Part shown: piece after piece, positions 10,960 to 23,248 of the stretch
Layout: each line of letters opens with the position of its first letter
Position numbering within the stretch: position 1 is the stretch's first letter
Source of the DNA: Geosiphon pyriformis uo1
Taxonomy: Eukaryota; Fungi; Glomeromycota
Direction of reading: 5' to 3'
Length of the DNA: 28,277 nucleotides
Assembly (NCBI GenBank): GCA_016748015.1
Contig: JAAOMT010000269.1
Span: 1 to 28,277 of the forward strand
Program-made: the position numbers and the translations under genes
Notes under the pieces: generated by a model
The model's input: only the letters and a program-made list of their open reading frames with translations
Database searches by the model: none
Told to the model about the DNA's origin: nothing

Positions 10960-12164
10960 ATCACTTCACAATGGATTATAAAAGACAATAAACAAGAGAC
11001 TATTTTATATGGCATACATTTTGACCCAATTGCAAAACACTTCAACAAAAATACTACTCTGAAAAAAATCATAAACCAATACTATTGGCCAACAATATAT
11101 AAAGATATTTTTAAATACATGCTCAATTGTAACTTTTGCCAAAAAAGAGGAAGAACAAAATCAATGAAACCACTTCAATCTATTCTAGTTAGAAATTTAT
11201 TTGATAGAATTGGAATTAATTTGGTTAGTTCTCTCTTAATTACATCTAAAAAAAATTGTTATATAGCTGTAGCAGTAGACTATCTTACAAAATAGTTAGA
11301 AGTTAGAGCAATTCAAGTGGCCAATGCCAAAACAATAGCTGAATTTATATATTAAGACCTAATTTGCTGACATAAGTGTCCAAAAAAATTATTATTAGAC
11401 CAAGGAACTTACTTTGTCAATAGTATGTTAATTAAACTAAGCTAACAGTTTGGAATAAAATGATCTCTTTTATTATTATACCACTCACAAACAAATGAAC
11501 TGGTAGAACAATTTAACTGGATGTTGTATAAAGCATTAGCAAAAATAAGCTACAAAAATACACAAGAATAGGACCTATTTATATTTTCTATATTATTTGT
11601 ATATCAAACATTAAAACAAGATATGACCTAGTTTACACTATTCAAATTAGTCTATAAAAAAAAAGCCACCTTATCTATTGAACAAGAAATACTATCTTAC
11701 TTAACAGAAGTAATTACAAAAGAAAATTTTGAAGCTATTTTGTACCAAAGAACATATCAGCTTATAGAAACATTGAAAGACAACCACAGAACAGCAGTTA
11801 ACAATATTAGTAATTCTCAAGAACAACAGAAAAAAAGACATGATAACTATTTATTTAAACAATTAATAGAATTTAAGATTGAAGACCAAGTACTGTTATA
11901 TTGTACAAAAGCTAAAAAACAGTGGAGTAGAAAGTTTAACCTAAAGTAGAATGGTCTATTTTATATACATGAAGCTTTAAGCAATAGAGCTTACAAATTA
12001 TGATTGGAAAACAGAATTTTAAAAAAAGTAGTACATGGAAATTGGTTAAAAATTTATCATACAAAACAAAAGTCATTGTTATCTGTATCTTAACTGAGAA
12101 CACAAATTCTAGATCTGAAGATATATTACGAGATTTAGAATCAATCATTATCATTGAAACATAA
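10960..12164 (+). pseudogene. int: Integrase (HHCC, DDE core, GPF/Y motif; no chromodomain seen)
   Basis: IH..PIAKHF...YYWPTI...CNFCQ; IGI(N/D)LV; LLLDQGTYF; YHSQTNELVEQFN; K*NGLFYIHE; HGNWLKIYH. Ends ..DLESIIIIET* at 12164. Confidence 0.92.
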
Positions 12165-12171
12165 TCAATAC

Positions 12172-12982
12172 ATGATTATTTAATTGAAAATTTAAATATA
12201 TATAACTATCAAAACAATAAGAATAAAATAATAAAACTTACAATATGAATCTGTCAAATCAAATTCTACAACTCTCAAAACAACTATTTGAAATAATTTA
12301 ACAATTAACATTTCAACTAAAAATTATCATCAATAAAAAAAAAATAAGATACAGAAACAAAAAAAAGAAAAAGATGAACAAAAATTTAACTAAAACCAAC
12401 TATTTTTATCTCTACACAATGTCCAAAAGGAAAGAATTAGAAAAAAAAAATTTTTCTTGGACAAAACATAGAAAAAAAGAGAGAGAGAAACTAAAAAAAG
12501 TTAAAAAGAAAAAATATTTAGTCTTTAAGCTAGAAAAAATTAAAGTTTCTTTAGTTTATGAGATTGAACTCTTTGAAACAAAGAAATAGACACTAAACAA
12601 TGTCCAAAAATGAAAAAAAAAACTTCCTCCAGTATATTGGTTCTACAAAATTGATAAAAAGCTAGATTTGAAAACACTATATAAAGACTTTGAACAGAAA
12701 ACTTTTAACAAAGAAGCAATGCAACAAGTAGAAAAATTTTTAGGAAAAAGCAATTTGATTTTATATTACAAAGTAGCATACTGATTGTATACTACTTTCC
12801 AACAATGTTTAAATATACTGTTATATGAATCTATAAAGACTATAACAATTAACAACATAGAATGAATAACCAACCAACAATTTAAAAACCTACAAAAAAC
12901 AATACTTAATACAACAATTGAATATTACATAAATAAAGTTATGATAACAGATATAGATGATTTTGGAGGAGCTCAATTCTAA
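12172..12982 (+). pseudogene. Additional sense ORF (ORF3) between integrase and 3' LTR, unknown function
   Basis: ATG 7 nt after the pol stop. Charged, helical-looking protein. The last ~90 codons read cleanly (EAMQQVEKFLGKSNLILYYKVAY*LYTTFQQCLN...NQQFKNLQKTILNTTIEYYINKVMITDIDDFGGAQF*) and stop at the PPT. Confidence 0.65.
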
Positions 12983-12996
12983 AAAGACTGGGATAA
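12981..12996 (+). promoter_or_regulatory. Putative polypurine tract
   Basis: AAAAAGACTGGGATAA lies immediately before TATTAC (ancestral TGTTAC, the LTR start). Confidence 0.55.
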
Positions 12997-13893
12997 TATT
13001 ACTTAAGTAAGAAAACCAATTCAAAATTATAGAGAAAACATGACCAAAAACATGACAACACAAAATAATACAAGATAATGTAAAAAAACACAGGATAATG
13101 TATAATAACATAAGATAACATATTATAACATAATATAATATGTAATAATATAGGATAATATAATATAATATAGTATAATATATAATAATATAAGATAATA
13201 TATTATAACATAGTATAACTAGCAATAATATAGAAAAACAAAGCAATAACAGAAATAACAAAGCAATCAGAAGCAATCCTATAAAACAAATAAAAATATA
13301 TAAAAATGAGTAGCTGTAAAAATTAAAAAAACATCCAGAAAAGAATCAATTTTCTTCTTTCTTATAATTATTATATCTTAAAAAAATAAAAGACTTATTT
13401 GAAAACACAAAAATCATCAATATATGGTCATCAATCATTTTGTGTTTGAATTAAACTAATCTTTATTTCATATTTTTGTTTCAAGACAAATGCTCTTAGC
13501 ATAAATGCTTCAAACCTTAATAATCTGAACTAATTGCTTTTGATTATGGCAATTAATAATACTAATTTATCTTCTTCTATTTTTTTTTTTTTTTTTATTT
13601 ATTTTTATTCTCTCTTATGAAGTGGCAACATAGAAAAATTGACTGTCTGAAAATAAACTTTGTGATAGTTTGGTAAAAGAGAAAAGCTTCTCTTAGAATT
13701 GAATATTAATATTATTTTGGTAGCTTAGCAGAAGGACAAAAAGACACCACCAGATCTTAATGACTACATTTATTAGTTCGGAGAAGATAGCTTATATTTA
13801 CAACAAAAAGTTGCAAAGCATGAAAGTAAAAACTCTGTGTCTTATAACCAATGAACTCTATAAGTAAATTTATATCAATTAAAAAAATTTTTA
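12997..13893 (+). repeat. 3' LTR of element A (last ~118 bp replaced by a LINE)
   Basis: Starts TATTAC like LTR families B and C. Contains a 10-bp tandem array, CAAT-like motifs (13263-13278), a TATA-like TATATAAAA (~13297) and then the segment shared with the 5' LTR. Confidence 0.8.
13061..13220 (+). repeat. 16 x 10-bp tandem repeat (40-bp higher order) in the U3 of LTR A
   Basis: Units such as caggataatg, taagataaca, tattataaca, tagtataata in exact 10-nt register. Confidence 0.9.
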
Positions 13894-16800
13894 GATACAA
13901 TTATAAACTTTTTAGCCAAAGTAGACAATTTTGTTTTAGTGTTAAGATTTTTTTTCTTAATGATCAGTCTTGTTTAAAAGTTTGCTATATGTAATGTTAA
14001 AAATATTAATGTTTCTACTAAGCAGAAAGATTTTGTTTATTTATATATAGATTCAGATAATATGGTTTTTATTATTACAAAAACAAAGTTAAGGTTTATT
14101 ATTAGGCTTTAGATTGTGAACAAGTTTGATAAAGTGTGAATTTTTATATCTGGTTTAGATAAAGGCTTTTTTAAAGCTAAAATAGTAATTATTATAAACA
14201 ATTTTCTGGCTTAGTATATTTTTAGAATAGAGAAAATTTCTGATTATGTTGTCTCTGTATGGCTTTTTTTTAAAGTAAGTTCTTGGTTATAATTCTTGGT
14301 TTGTATATTAGTACTTTTGCTAAGATCAAGTTTAATTTAGCTTTATAAGTTAACTTTTTTATAGCTAAAACAGTTAACTCCAACAGTTTTGTGGTTTTGA
14401 GTAGAGATTTTAATAAAGATTGATCTTGGAAAAGTGTGAGTTTTAAGTTCTGTTTGAATTTAGATTTGGTTAATATATTTAGTGGGTATTCATTGGTTAA
14501 TGCTTCTACTTAAAGCAACTTAAAAAATGTCAAGAAGATTATTGATTATATTTTTGTAAGTAAAGATTTGTTATTTGTAATTGTTAATTATAAGATCAAA
14601 TTTGCATCTGAATTTTTCAATACTAATCACAAAGCTGTTTTAGTTTTAATTGGTTTGAATGGTCTTTTGAATGTTTAATTGTATAACATAAGAAAACAGT
14701 TTAACAAAAATCACTGAAAGTTTAGAATAAAAGACATAAATAAAGTCAAGTAAACTTATTTTAAGAAGTGTTCTTTTAATAAAGTGTTAACTTTGACAGA
14801 TATATTTATAAAGACCGAGATTTCTAAGAATTTAAATTTGATATAAAAAGTATTGAAAAATGTAATAGTAGATTTGGCTGACAAAATTTTTTTTAGACAT
14901 TGGTTTAGCATTTTTAATTGCTTAAAAAACAAACAGTCATTAAAATTTTTCAAGTTAGAACTACTGACTACTAAGATAACTAAGACTTTAAGATCAAGAA
15001 ATGTGCTTAAGTTGGAATCTCTATTTCATATTTGATTTGTTATTGATAAAAACAAAGCTTTAAAAATATAAAACTTGATTCAAAATAGTGCCAAGTCAAT
15101 AAAAGTTTTCAACTGCTTGTTTAATATATAAAAAAGTTATCCCAAGTCTAAAATACATGAATTTAAGACTTCTGAAAATATTGCTATCAGATGTGCAATT
15201 AAAAAAAAAACAAGAAAAACTTTTGTTTAGACAAAAAACATATAATTAAGAATATATTAAAAAAGTTTTTTTATAAGATAGTGCTTGATTATTTAGTAGT
15301 TGATAATAAGCTGGTTTTGGAATCTGAAAATATTAAAATCAAAATTAATACTATCATAAAGAGTTAGACTAAGAAGTGTGTAATTGTCTGAACTTTGGAC
15401 TGATCAGTATGCTTTTTTAAATCATATGAACAATAGTGTATTTTTAAATATTATAAAAGTTATCAATTTTTGGAAGTTGATACAGATGGTTAAAAATTTG
15501 CCAAATAGAAAGACTGTTAATTTAAGTAGTATTTCGAATAAGTGGTAGAAACATTATGGTAATAATATACTTGGGTGTCTTTTGGGTCTTTTGAATATAT
15601 GTTTGACTTTGAATATGGTTTTGGGTTTGTAAAAAAGGACATGGGTTTTAATGATTTCTAAGCCTTATAATTGAGATAGAATCTTAATAAATACTTAATT
15701 TATTGCTCTAATTGAAATGGCCAGAAAATTTTTTTCTAAGATTCTCTTAAATCAAATTTTTTTTGTTTACAGCTGTTTTAATGTGTTTTGTGGAAACAAC
15801 TTTTCTGTCTTAAAAGATATTTCAACACAATCACTTATTTTTACTGTTAGATTTGTGGTTAAAAATAATTTAAAAAAATTTAGTTGGTTTTACAGAACAT
15901 GTAAAAAGTATATAATTCTGTTGGTTAGACTTATTTAAGGACTAATTTATAGTGTATTAAAATATGCAAAAATTTTATTGGTTTTTTTGGTACTATTTAT
16001 GAAAATAAAATAAATAAAATGATGACAAATTTTGGTTTTTTTGATAGTTATTAGGTATATAATAATCTAAATCAGAGTAAAGTGTCCTCTTTTTTTTTTT
16101 AAAGAATTTTTTATGATTATTTTTTGTGTGAAGTAAAGAAATATGAATATTTATGTAAATACTGTATTAATACTAATTTTATGGTTAATACAAATAAGAT
16201 TGAAGCCAAAAGTGAAAGAACTTTTTTCTTTACAACTGGTGCTTTTGTTGATAACACTATTTAAATTTGAAATAATTAGACATCTATACAATATATATTA
16301 AATATTATTAGTGAATTTTTTTTGATTAATCATATTTCAATTAACAATGATAAGATCATGACTATTTTTATTAATTACAGAGTTAAAAATTTTATTTTGA
16401 AAATCAATAATTTGCCAATTTTAATTGTCAAAAATAGTAAATTACATAGATACTTGGAGATTTTTTTGTCAATTAAAAATCTATTTAGACCTAATTTGGT
16501 TAAGCTTACTTTAATATCAGGTTTTTTTTTAATGTGGTGTTGAAAAAAGTAATTACTAACAAACAGTTTTCATATTTAGTATTAGCAGTTTTATAGTCTA
16601 TTGTTGACTACTGGTCACAGTTTAGTTTTGTTTTATCCAGTATATGTTACAAATAAAATACTATAATTAGGAAGAATCTCAAGCTAAAAGCCAATTTGCT
16701 AAAAGATTTCTTCAATAAAACTTTATATCATTTATTTCTGTATAATTTAAAGTCTTTTGACCAGATTTAGACTAAAAAAAAGTTAGTTTCATTGGTTACT

Positions 16801-18750
16801 TTTTTTAATGCCCCTGGTATTTTTGGGCATTTATTTGAACACAGGTTTTTGGATTTACAGATCTTAGAGTAAACTTTTTCAAATTCTTTGCAATTTTTTG
16901 TTAAGCTGTATATTAGTTTAGTAAACAATTTTTTAGCTAGAATAATAAAAATTCTCTTACTTAATGAGTTATTTATTATAAACAATTTGCTTAATGCATT
17001 TTGCAATTTGGAAAATTTTTTAATATTAGATATTCTAAGTAGGTTTTTGTACTATAATTCAGTATGCTTTCTAAAGCAGTTTAGTGTTACATTTGATAAC
17101 AGATTTTTGAACAAAAAGAATAGTATGATGAATTAAAAAACTTTTCAATATTAAAAAAAATTGGATTTTAAGAGTCTTGTATCTTATTGGTTTAACTTAG
17201 TTTTAAGATTTTTGCATAGTAATAGTGCTCTGAAGTTAAATTCTATAAAGACTGATGGTTTTTTTGATGCAAATATTATAAAATTTGCTGGGTTTTTTAA
17301 AGTGCATAATAATTTGTTTAAAATTTGGTTGGGTACTATTAAAATATATATGAATAGTTTTCTAAAAAACATAGATTGCTAGTGAGATTGTGGTATATTT
17401 TCCTGTAGTAAATATAAGAATTGCTGTTGTAATTTATAGGCTTCTGTTTTCTATGATGGTTGAGCTACAGACTGTGACTCTGTTTTTAATATGTATTTCA
17501 TCTTTTTGTGTAATAGTAATATATTTCAACAGTTAGACTGCTATTAATATTTGTGTTTTTAAGATTAAATTTACTGAGCTAGACTTTTACAATCAATATT
17601 GAATGAAAAGAAAACATATTGTTAGATTAATAAAAGTTAAACATCTTTTAGTTCAATAAATAAAGATTAAAGATTATTCAAGTATTTCTGGCAATATTAA
17701 AACTGACTTTTTGGCAAAAATGACTGCTTCTTCTCTCTTTTTTTTGTCAGTTAAAGTGGTTGAATGTTTTGTTATAGCTGGAAGCATAGTCATGTTTGAC
17801 AACACTCATAATTTTGTTTGTGATATTTATAGATTGATTAAATAATGCTTAGTAGAAGACTGGTCTTAGTACCAACATTTTTCTTGATTCCTTAATTAAT
17901 AAGATAAATTGGATATCTACTATACAAGTTTGGCACTCTAATTTTCATATGCTGTTTGGAGTTTATTAGCAAAAAATTGGCTAATTTGTATACCTATTTG
18001 ATGAAAGCTATACATAAATGTTTGCCAGTAGTAGTTAGAAAAAAATTGTATAAAAAGTTATATTTTAGAGTTTTGTGTTTGTTTTGTGAAGAGATTGAAT
18101 TGCTAGATCATATTTTTACTTGTATTAGTAATACTAACATTTAAGAAGAGATTTTATTAAAGACTTCAAATGTCTAGATTTTGTTGGTTAGAATCTGTGG
18201 CTTTTTTTCTGCTGTTTTAAAAACTTTTTCTGAGTGCTCATTAAATGTAAAATTGTATATAGTGATTGTAAAAGCTTTGTATTAAAACATTAATATAATA
18301 AGACTGTTGTGGTTTTTAAGAAAAAAAGACAAACTATTGTAGTAGTGGTCAAATTTGTGAACTATTTGGTAAAGAAATATTATTCAAGAATTTGGTTTGT
18401 AAGATTTAAACATAAAATAGATATAAAAAAAACTAGTTTAATAAAAGATAGTGGTTTGGTGTTTGGATTGTTTTGTGATTTGGCCGAAAGTTTGTTAAAT
18501 AGAGTAATTTATCTGTTTAATATTATTGAGTCTTTTGCTGTTAGCTTTGACAAATGTAAGCCATGTACTTTTTTTTCTGGTTTAAATAGTTATGCTAGTA
18601 TTTATGTAGATATGTAGTATTGTTTTGTTTGGCCCAAGTAGTTGGTCATATGTAATTAATATATGAGTTATATTTATTTAGAATTACTTAGTTTGATTTT
18701 GTATGTTAAATAATAATTGGACTTTACTTGTCAATTATTAATAAAAAAAA
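13891..18750 (+). mobile_element. 5'-truncated LINE (end of ORF1, complete decayed ORF2, 3' UTR, A-tail)
   Basis: ORF1 tail (DTIINFLAKVDNFVLV..) is homologous to minus 24660-24725. ORF2 spans 13960-18617. The 3' UTR is homologous to 2600-2712, and the A-tail is at 18743-18750. Confidence 0.93.
13960..18617 (+). pseudogene. LINE ORF2: APE endonuclease, RT, RNase H, CCHC zinc finger
   Basis: APE: KFAICNVKNIN, ITKTKL, LSRDFN, IDYIFV, FFNTNHKAV. RT: NT*FIALIEMARK, NQSKV, AFVDN (16241-16255). RNase H: YMNS(YTDG), MVELQTV, NS*T(DSQ), KIKDYSSISGN. Zinc finger: CLFCEEIELLDHIFTC (~18076-18123). Confidence 0.92.
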
Positions 18751-19855
18751 TACATATAATTAGTTATCTGGTCAATTAAAATAATACTATACAACTATGT
18801 TAATTAAAACTTTTTTAACTGTATTTGTAAAAAACAGACAACTTATTTTTAATTCAAAACTAATAATATAATTTTTTTTAATTCTTAATAAATAAGCAAC
18901 TTTATCTAAAATTTCAACAAAAAAGCTATAAACAATATCAAATATAAAACTATCTTTATTAGCAAACTTTTATAATTTATTTTAGCTTAAAATTTTAAAT
19001 TAGATATTTATATCTACTTTTTATGACCAATAACCAAATTCTGAATAAACTCAACTAATTTAGACATAATAAACTTAGTATCTTTAAAAAAAGCCTTAGC
19101 TTTTATCAATCAATTTTCAAAAACAAATCTCTTATACAAAACTATATACAAATAAATATTAAAAACACACATAATCAATGACTAAAAAACTATGAATAAA
19201 GCCAAATTTGCATTAGTTAAAAACTACTAAATAGTAAAATATTCATTTAATAAATTCTAATAAACAGAAAAATTTAAGCTGTTAACAAAACTATAATCTA
19301 AAAACTCTACTTCATCATAATATACATACAATATACTTGAATAACTGTAATTATATAAGTGTTTTCTAACTACTATTGGCAATTTTTTGTGTAGATCTTT
19401 TATTAAATATATATACAAGTCAGTAGTAGTTTTGTTTATGTATTTAACAGTCATATAAAAATCAGAATATTAAACTAAAATAGTATGTTTTCAACTAATA
19501 TTATTAATATACAAAAAATTCATAACATTAAAATTCAATTTAACTTCCTATTGAAAATGTTTTATAGTATTATTTATAGTTCTAACAAACTAATGAATAT
19601 TATTAGACATTATTTTATTATCAACCATTAGAAAATTTTCTTTAATATTTACTAAAAAGAAGAGTCCTAAAGAGATAACTTAATCTGTCAACTTATTAGC
19701 ATGCTCATTATTTAACACATCTAAATCATCTTTTATCTTGGCCCAATTTACAGAAATGTTTTTATTTTTGACCAAATTATTAACATAATAATACTTTATC
19801 CAATATCTGTTGTAAAAATTAAGTGCTACTAATTTTAATTTAGTTTAATATATAT

Positions 19856-20729
19856 TGTTACAGTTTAAGAATTTAGCAAAAAAATCATAAAAATAATACA
19901 AACTATTCAATCATAATATAGCACAGTAATAATCTTAGAAAGGTAATGATTAACATAGTAGCAAACACCATCTCGCAATAGTGGCAAGCACTAGTTCACA
20001 ATAGCAGCCAACACCAACTGGTGATAGCAGCAAACACCAGGTTGAAATATCAAAAAGAAAGTATTACAATGTGTTTTCTCATAGAACTACAAACATGTAT
20101 ATATACAGTAGCTTTAATATTGGGAAAAGACAATCAAGTAATAAAAATCATAACTTACCAAGCAATAGATCTAATTTTATCCAACAAACTCCACTTTAAA
20201 TTATACTTTTAAATTAAATATCTCAAGAAATCTTTAAATCAAAAAGAAATGAAAAAGAATATTTAAAACTGAATTATCATAACTCAAAGTATTAAAAAAC
20301 TTACTTGTATTATTTATTGAATGAAATTATCATTCATCAGCTAAATTCCTTGGAAGAATAATCCTTGATCAAGATTATTTACGTTGTTACTAATTGATAA
20401 AAGCTTTATTGTAAGAATTAAGAAAAGCACTAAAAGCCATTAATATTCTGTGTTTCTAGATTAGAGAAACACATTAGGCAATTGCAAGAATAGCTTCAGA
20501 GAAGACCCCAAACAGCGGGTAGATTTCAGTTCAGCCTCTGAAAAGAAGTACATAAACACACACAACAATCAAGAATCGAGGAATAACTTACATCATGACA
20601 TTAAAAAGAAAGCCTTCAGTATAACAATGACATTATCACACAAATAGAATTGAGAAACTCACAAAAGACTAATTGCAAGTAAAACGGGATATCGGCAATT
20701 AAATATAACAAGAAAACCATCTCATAACA
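19856..20729 (+). mobile_element. Solo LTR, family C (874 bp)
   Basis: TGTTAC...ATAACA termini; TSD ATAT (19852-19855)/ACAT (20730-20733). Excision restores the LINE RNase H frame (LDVY*TKLKLVA). Contains 4 x 23-bp repeats (19955-20046) and TATATATA (~20098). Retains several CpGs. Confidence 0.85.
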
Positions 20730-23248
20730 ACATCTAAAAAAGTCTAACTGTTAGATAAATTGTAATTTTGAATAAAATTGGAATACATTTAAGAATCAGA
20801 GCAATAGTTTGTATCTTAGCCAGAATTAAAGACAACAATTCATTAATTTCTAAACTTGTATACAAACTTAGATCAGAAAAGTAGGCAGTTATATTATCTA
20901 TAGCACCAAAAAGCCAAAGTTTTTAACTAAACTATTAGTGTAAATTGAAATTTTAAGCAAAAATACATTTTTTAAATTAGAATAAATAATACCAAAATCA
21001 TATATATTAATCACACTTATCTTAAAAAAGTGTTTAGATACAGATAAAAAATTTTAAACTAAATTAAATTTGTATAAACCAAGAAAAAACTAAACTCTGA
21101 GATCCAAATATTTCTATTGATAAAAATTTTTTCAAACAAAATATTTTTCATAATTATTCAAAAGTTGGTTAGCAAAAATAATGCCAAAGCATTTTAAAAA
21201 TTTATAAATTCGAAAATAATTTATCTAATTCAAAATATTCAAAATAAAAATGTTATGTTTAAGATAAAAAACATTAAGTAGATTAATAAACAAAAATATA
21301 TTATTGTGTAAAAAAATCTTAGTAATATTAGCCAAAAAATTGTTTACAGAATTGATTTTTAATTTGATAGAAAACTGAAAAAAATTTTGAGGAATTTAAT
21401 TTAAGATCTACAAATCCAATAATTTGTGTTTAAAAAACCAGCCAAAAATATTTTTAGTATTAGCAAAATTTATTATTAATGCTATTTTTTCTTTTGTTTA
21501 GACCTAATTAAAAGACTTTAAATTATATAAAGATAAATAATATATAACTTTGTTAAAAAAGTCTTTAAACAAACTGGCTTTAGACTTTAATATCTTTTTA
21601 ATTAAACAATCTTACTTATTACATTATATTTTTACTAATAAAGCTAACCTGTATTTTGTATATAAAAATAGGCTGTAAAACAGCTAAAACCAAATAAAAA
21701 AATTGTTTGTCTGATATAGTTTTGTGTAAAATTATAGATAAAAAATACTTTATATATAAATTTGCTTTTTTTAAACTTAAGCCAAAAAAACTTTTAATTA
21801 ATAAGAAAATATCTAAATATCAATAAGCTTTGCCAATTTTTGCAATTGAAATAAAAAACTCACTTATACTTAAAAAAATATTATTGGCTCTTGAATTGAT
21901 TAAAATAATCACTGTTTTATTTATATTTATTAAAGTATTCATAATATCAAAGAATTTACTAGCAATATTTAAGATATGTGTATTGCTATTTTACAATTAT
22001 TAATTTAAATTATATTATCCACAAAAGCACTAGTTACCAAATAAAAAATCAAATCAATATTAAATTCAATTTTGCCAGTTTTAGCAACAAATTTAAAATT
22101 TACTTAATATCTAAATAAAGGTTTATTCTTTTTTACTTTGCACAAAAAAAAGTTATAAAAAATTCTTTGAAAAAGAGACAAAAATTTTATTCTAATCAAA
22201 TTTATCATGAACTTTATAATTCTTAAACAAACTAAAATCTGTTATAATTTTATTTATATAAATATTATAAATATGACCAAAAAATTTTATAAATTTGTTA
22301 CATATTTTTATTTAATTAAAACTGTTTTTCAGATATAATTAACTTACTGAATTATAAGCTTTGTTCATGTTTTAAAGCATCAACCAGATTTTTCTACTCT
22401 TTTTCAAAGCATTTTTAATAACAAATCTAATAATAAAAATAAAAAACTGGGTTGAAATGCTTTTTAAAACTTAAACAATTCAAAACAAATTTGTAATTAT
22501 GGTTTTATATTTTATTAAAAATACCAAATAATATAGTAGCTTTATTATTAGAAAAATTTTTAATCACTAATAAAAACTTATTAAAACTAATTTACAATAT
22601 TATACTAAAAAATATATTATTATTAACATACTTAAAAAGTGCAAATTATTTTTGCCAATAAAAAAAATAGTAGCTTTAACTGCATATTTTCTGGTCCAAT
22701 TTTTTATAATTAAATTAATTTTATACTTAACCAAATTGGATTTTAAACTAGTTTACTATTATCAACTAAATAATTTAATATAACTTTTTTGAAAAAATTT
22801 TTCAATACATTTCTTATTATTTGACTCTTATTATCAGCAAAAGCTTTTATGTATTAAGTAATAACAATTTTATACAAAAATTCTCAGTAGTTTTAGATTT
22901 TGACATCTTATAAAACTTATAAATTTTTTTAGAACAAGTCAATAATTGTTTAATTAAGACTTTGCTATAATTATTATTCAAGAATTTCTTGAATTTTATT
23001 GTTTAGTTAGAATTCAAAAAAATTTATTTTTTAACCAAAGTCTAAAATTCTTCTAAATCTTTTAATCAGTATGCTTTTAAGATTTTTAATACCAGCAATT
23101 CTAGTCTGTAAAACTTAAAAAATACAACACTTTTGGCCACTTTATTATTTTAATACTATGTTTTTGAAAAACAACATTAGCTATAAAGTATACTATTCTA
23201 TTAAACAACTGCCATATTTTATTAAAATCTATTTTTTTTTATAATTAT

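Larger units (their letters stand above)
5871..13893 (+). mobile_element. Degenerate Ty3/gypsy (Metaviridae) LTR retrotransposon, family A, carrying dUTPase and ORF3
   Basis: Direct repeats 5871-6294 and 13488-13893, a PBS, gag, RT-RNase H-integrase in gypsy order, a PPT-like tract and a 3' LTR. Coding regions are riddled with TAA/TAG/TGA at ancestral CAA/TGG/CGA codons. Confidence 0.95.

Noticed and set aside
12124-12131. TATTACGA as an alternative 3' LTR start (inverted match to the LTR end), which would put ORF3 inside the LTR
   Set aside because: It overlaps the integrase C-terminus, has a weak PPT, and would give a ~1.9-kb LTR. 12997 follows the ORF3 stop and a purine tract and gives ~1 kb, similar to LTRs B and C. 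Not formally excluded because the 5' LTR is truncated.
12890-13276. 128-aa hydrophobic minus-strand ORF resembling a membrane or env protein
   Set aside because: It is the antisense reading of the 10-bp tandem array and adjacent A-rich LTR sequence.
6432-18617. Alternative genetic code or RNA editing to explain in-frame stops
   Set aside because: All three stop types occur together with frameshifts and loss of catalytic residues, and the two LTRs are mutated independently. This is DNA-level decay.
19955-20046. Repeats with variable intervening bases resembling a mini-CRISPR
   Set aside because: The variable part is only 7 nt, there are no cas genes, and the array sits inside a eukaryotic LTR.
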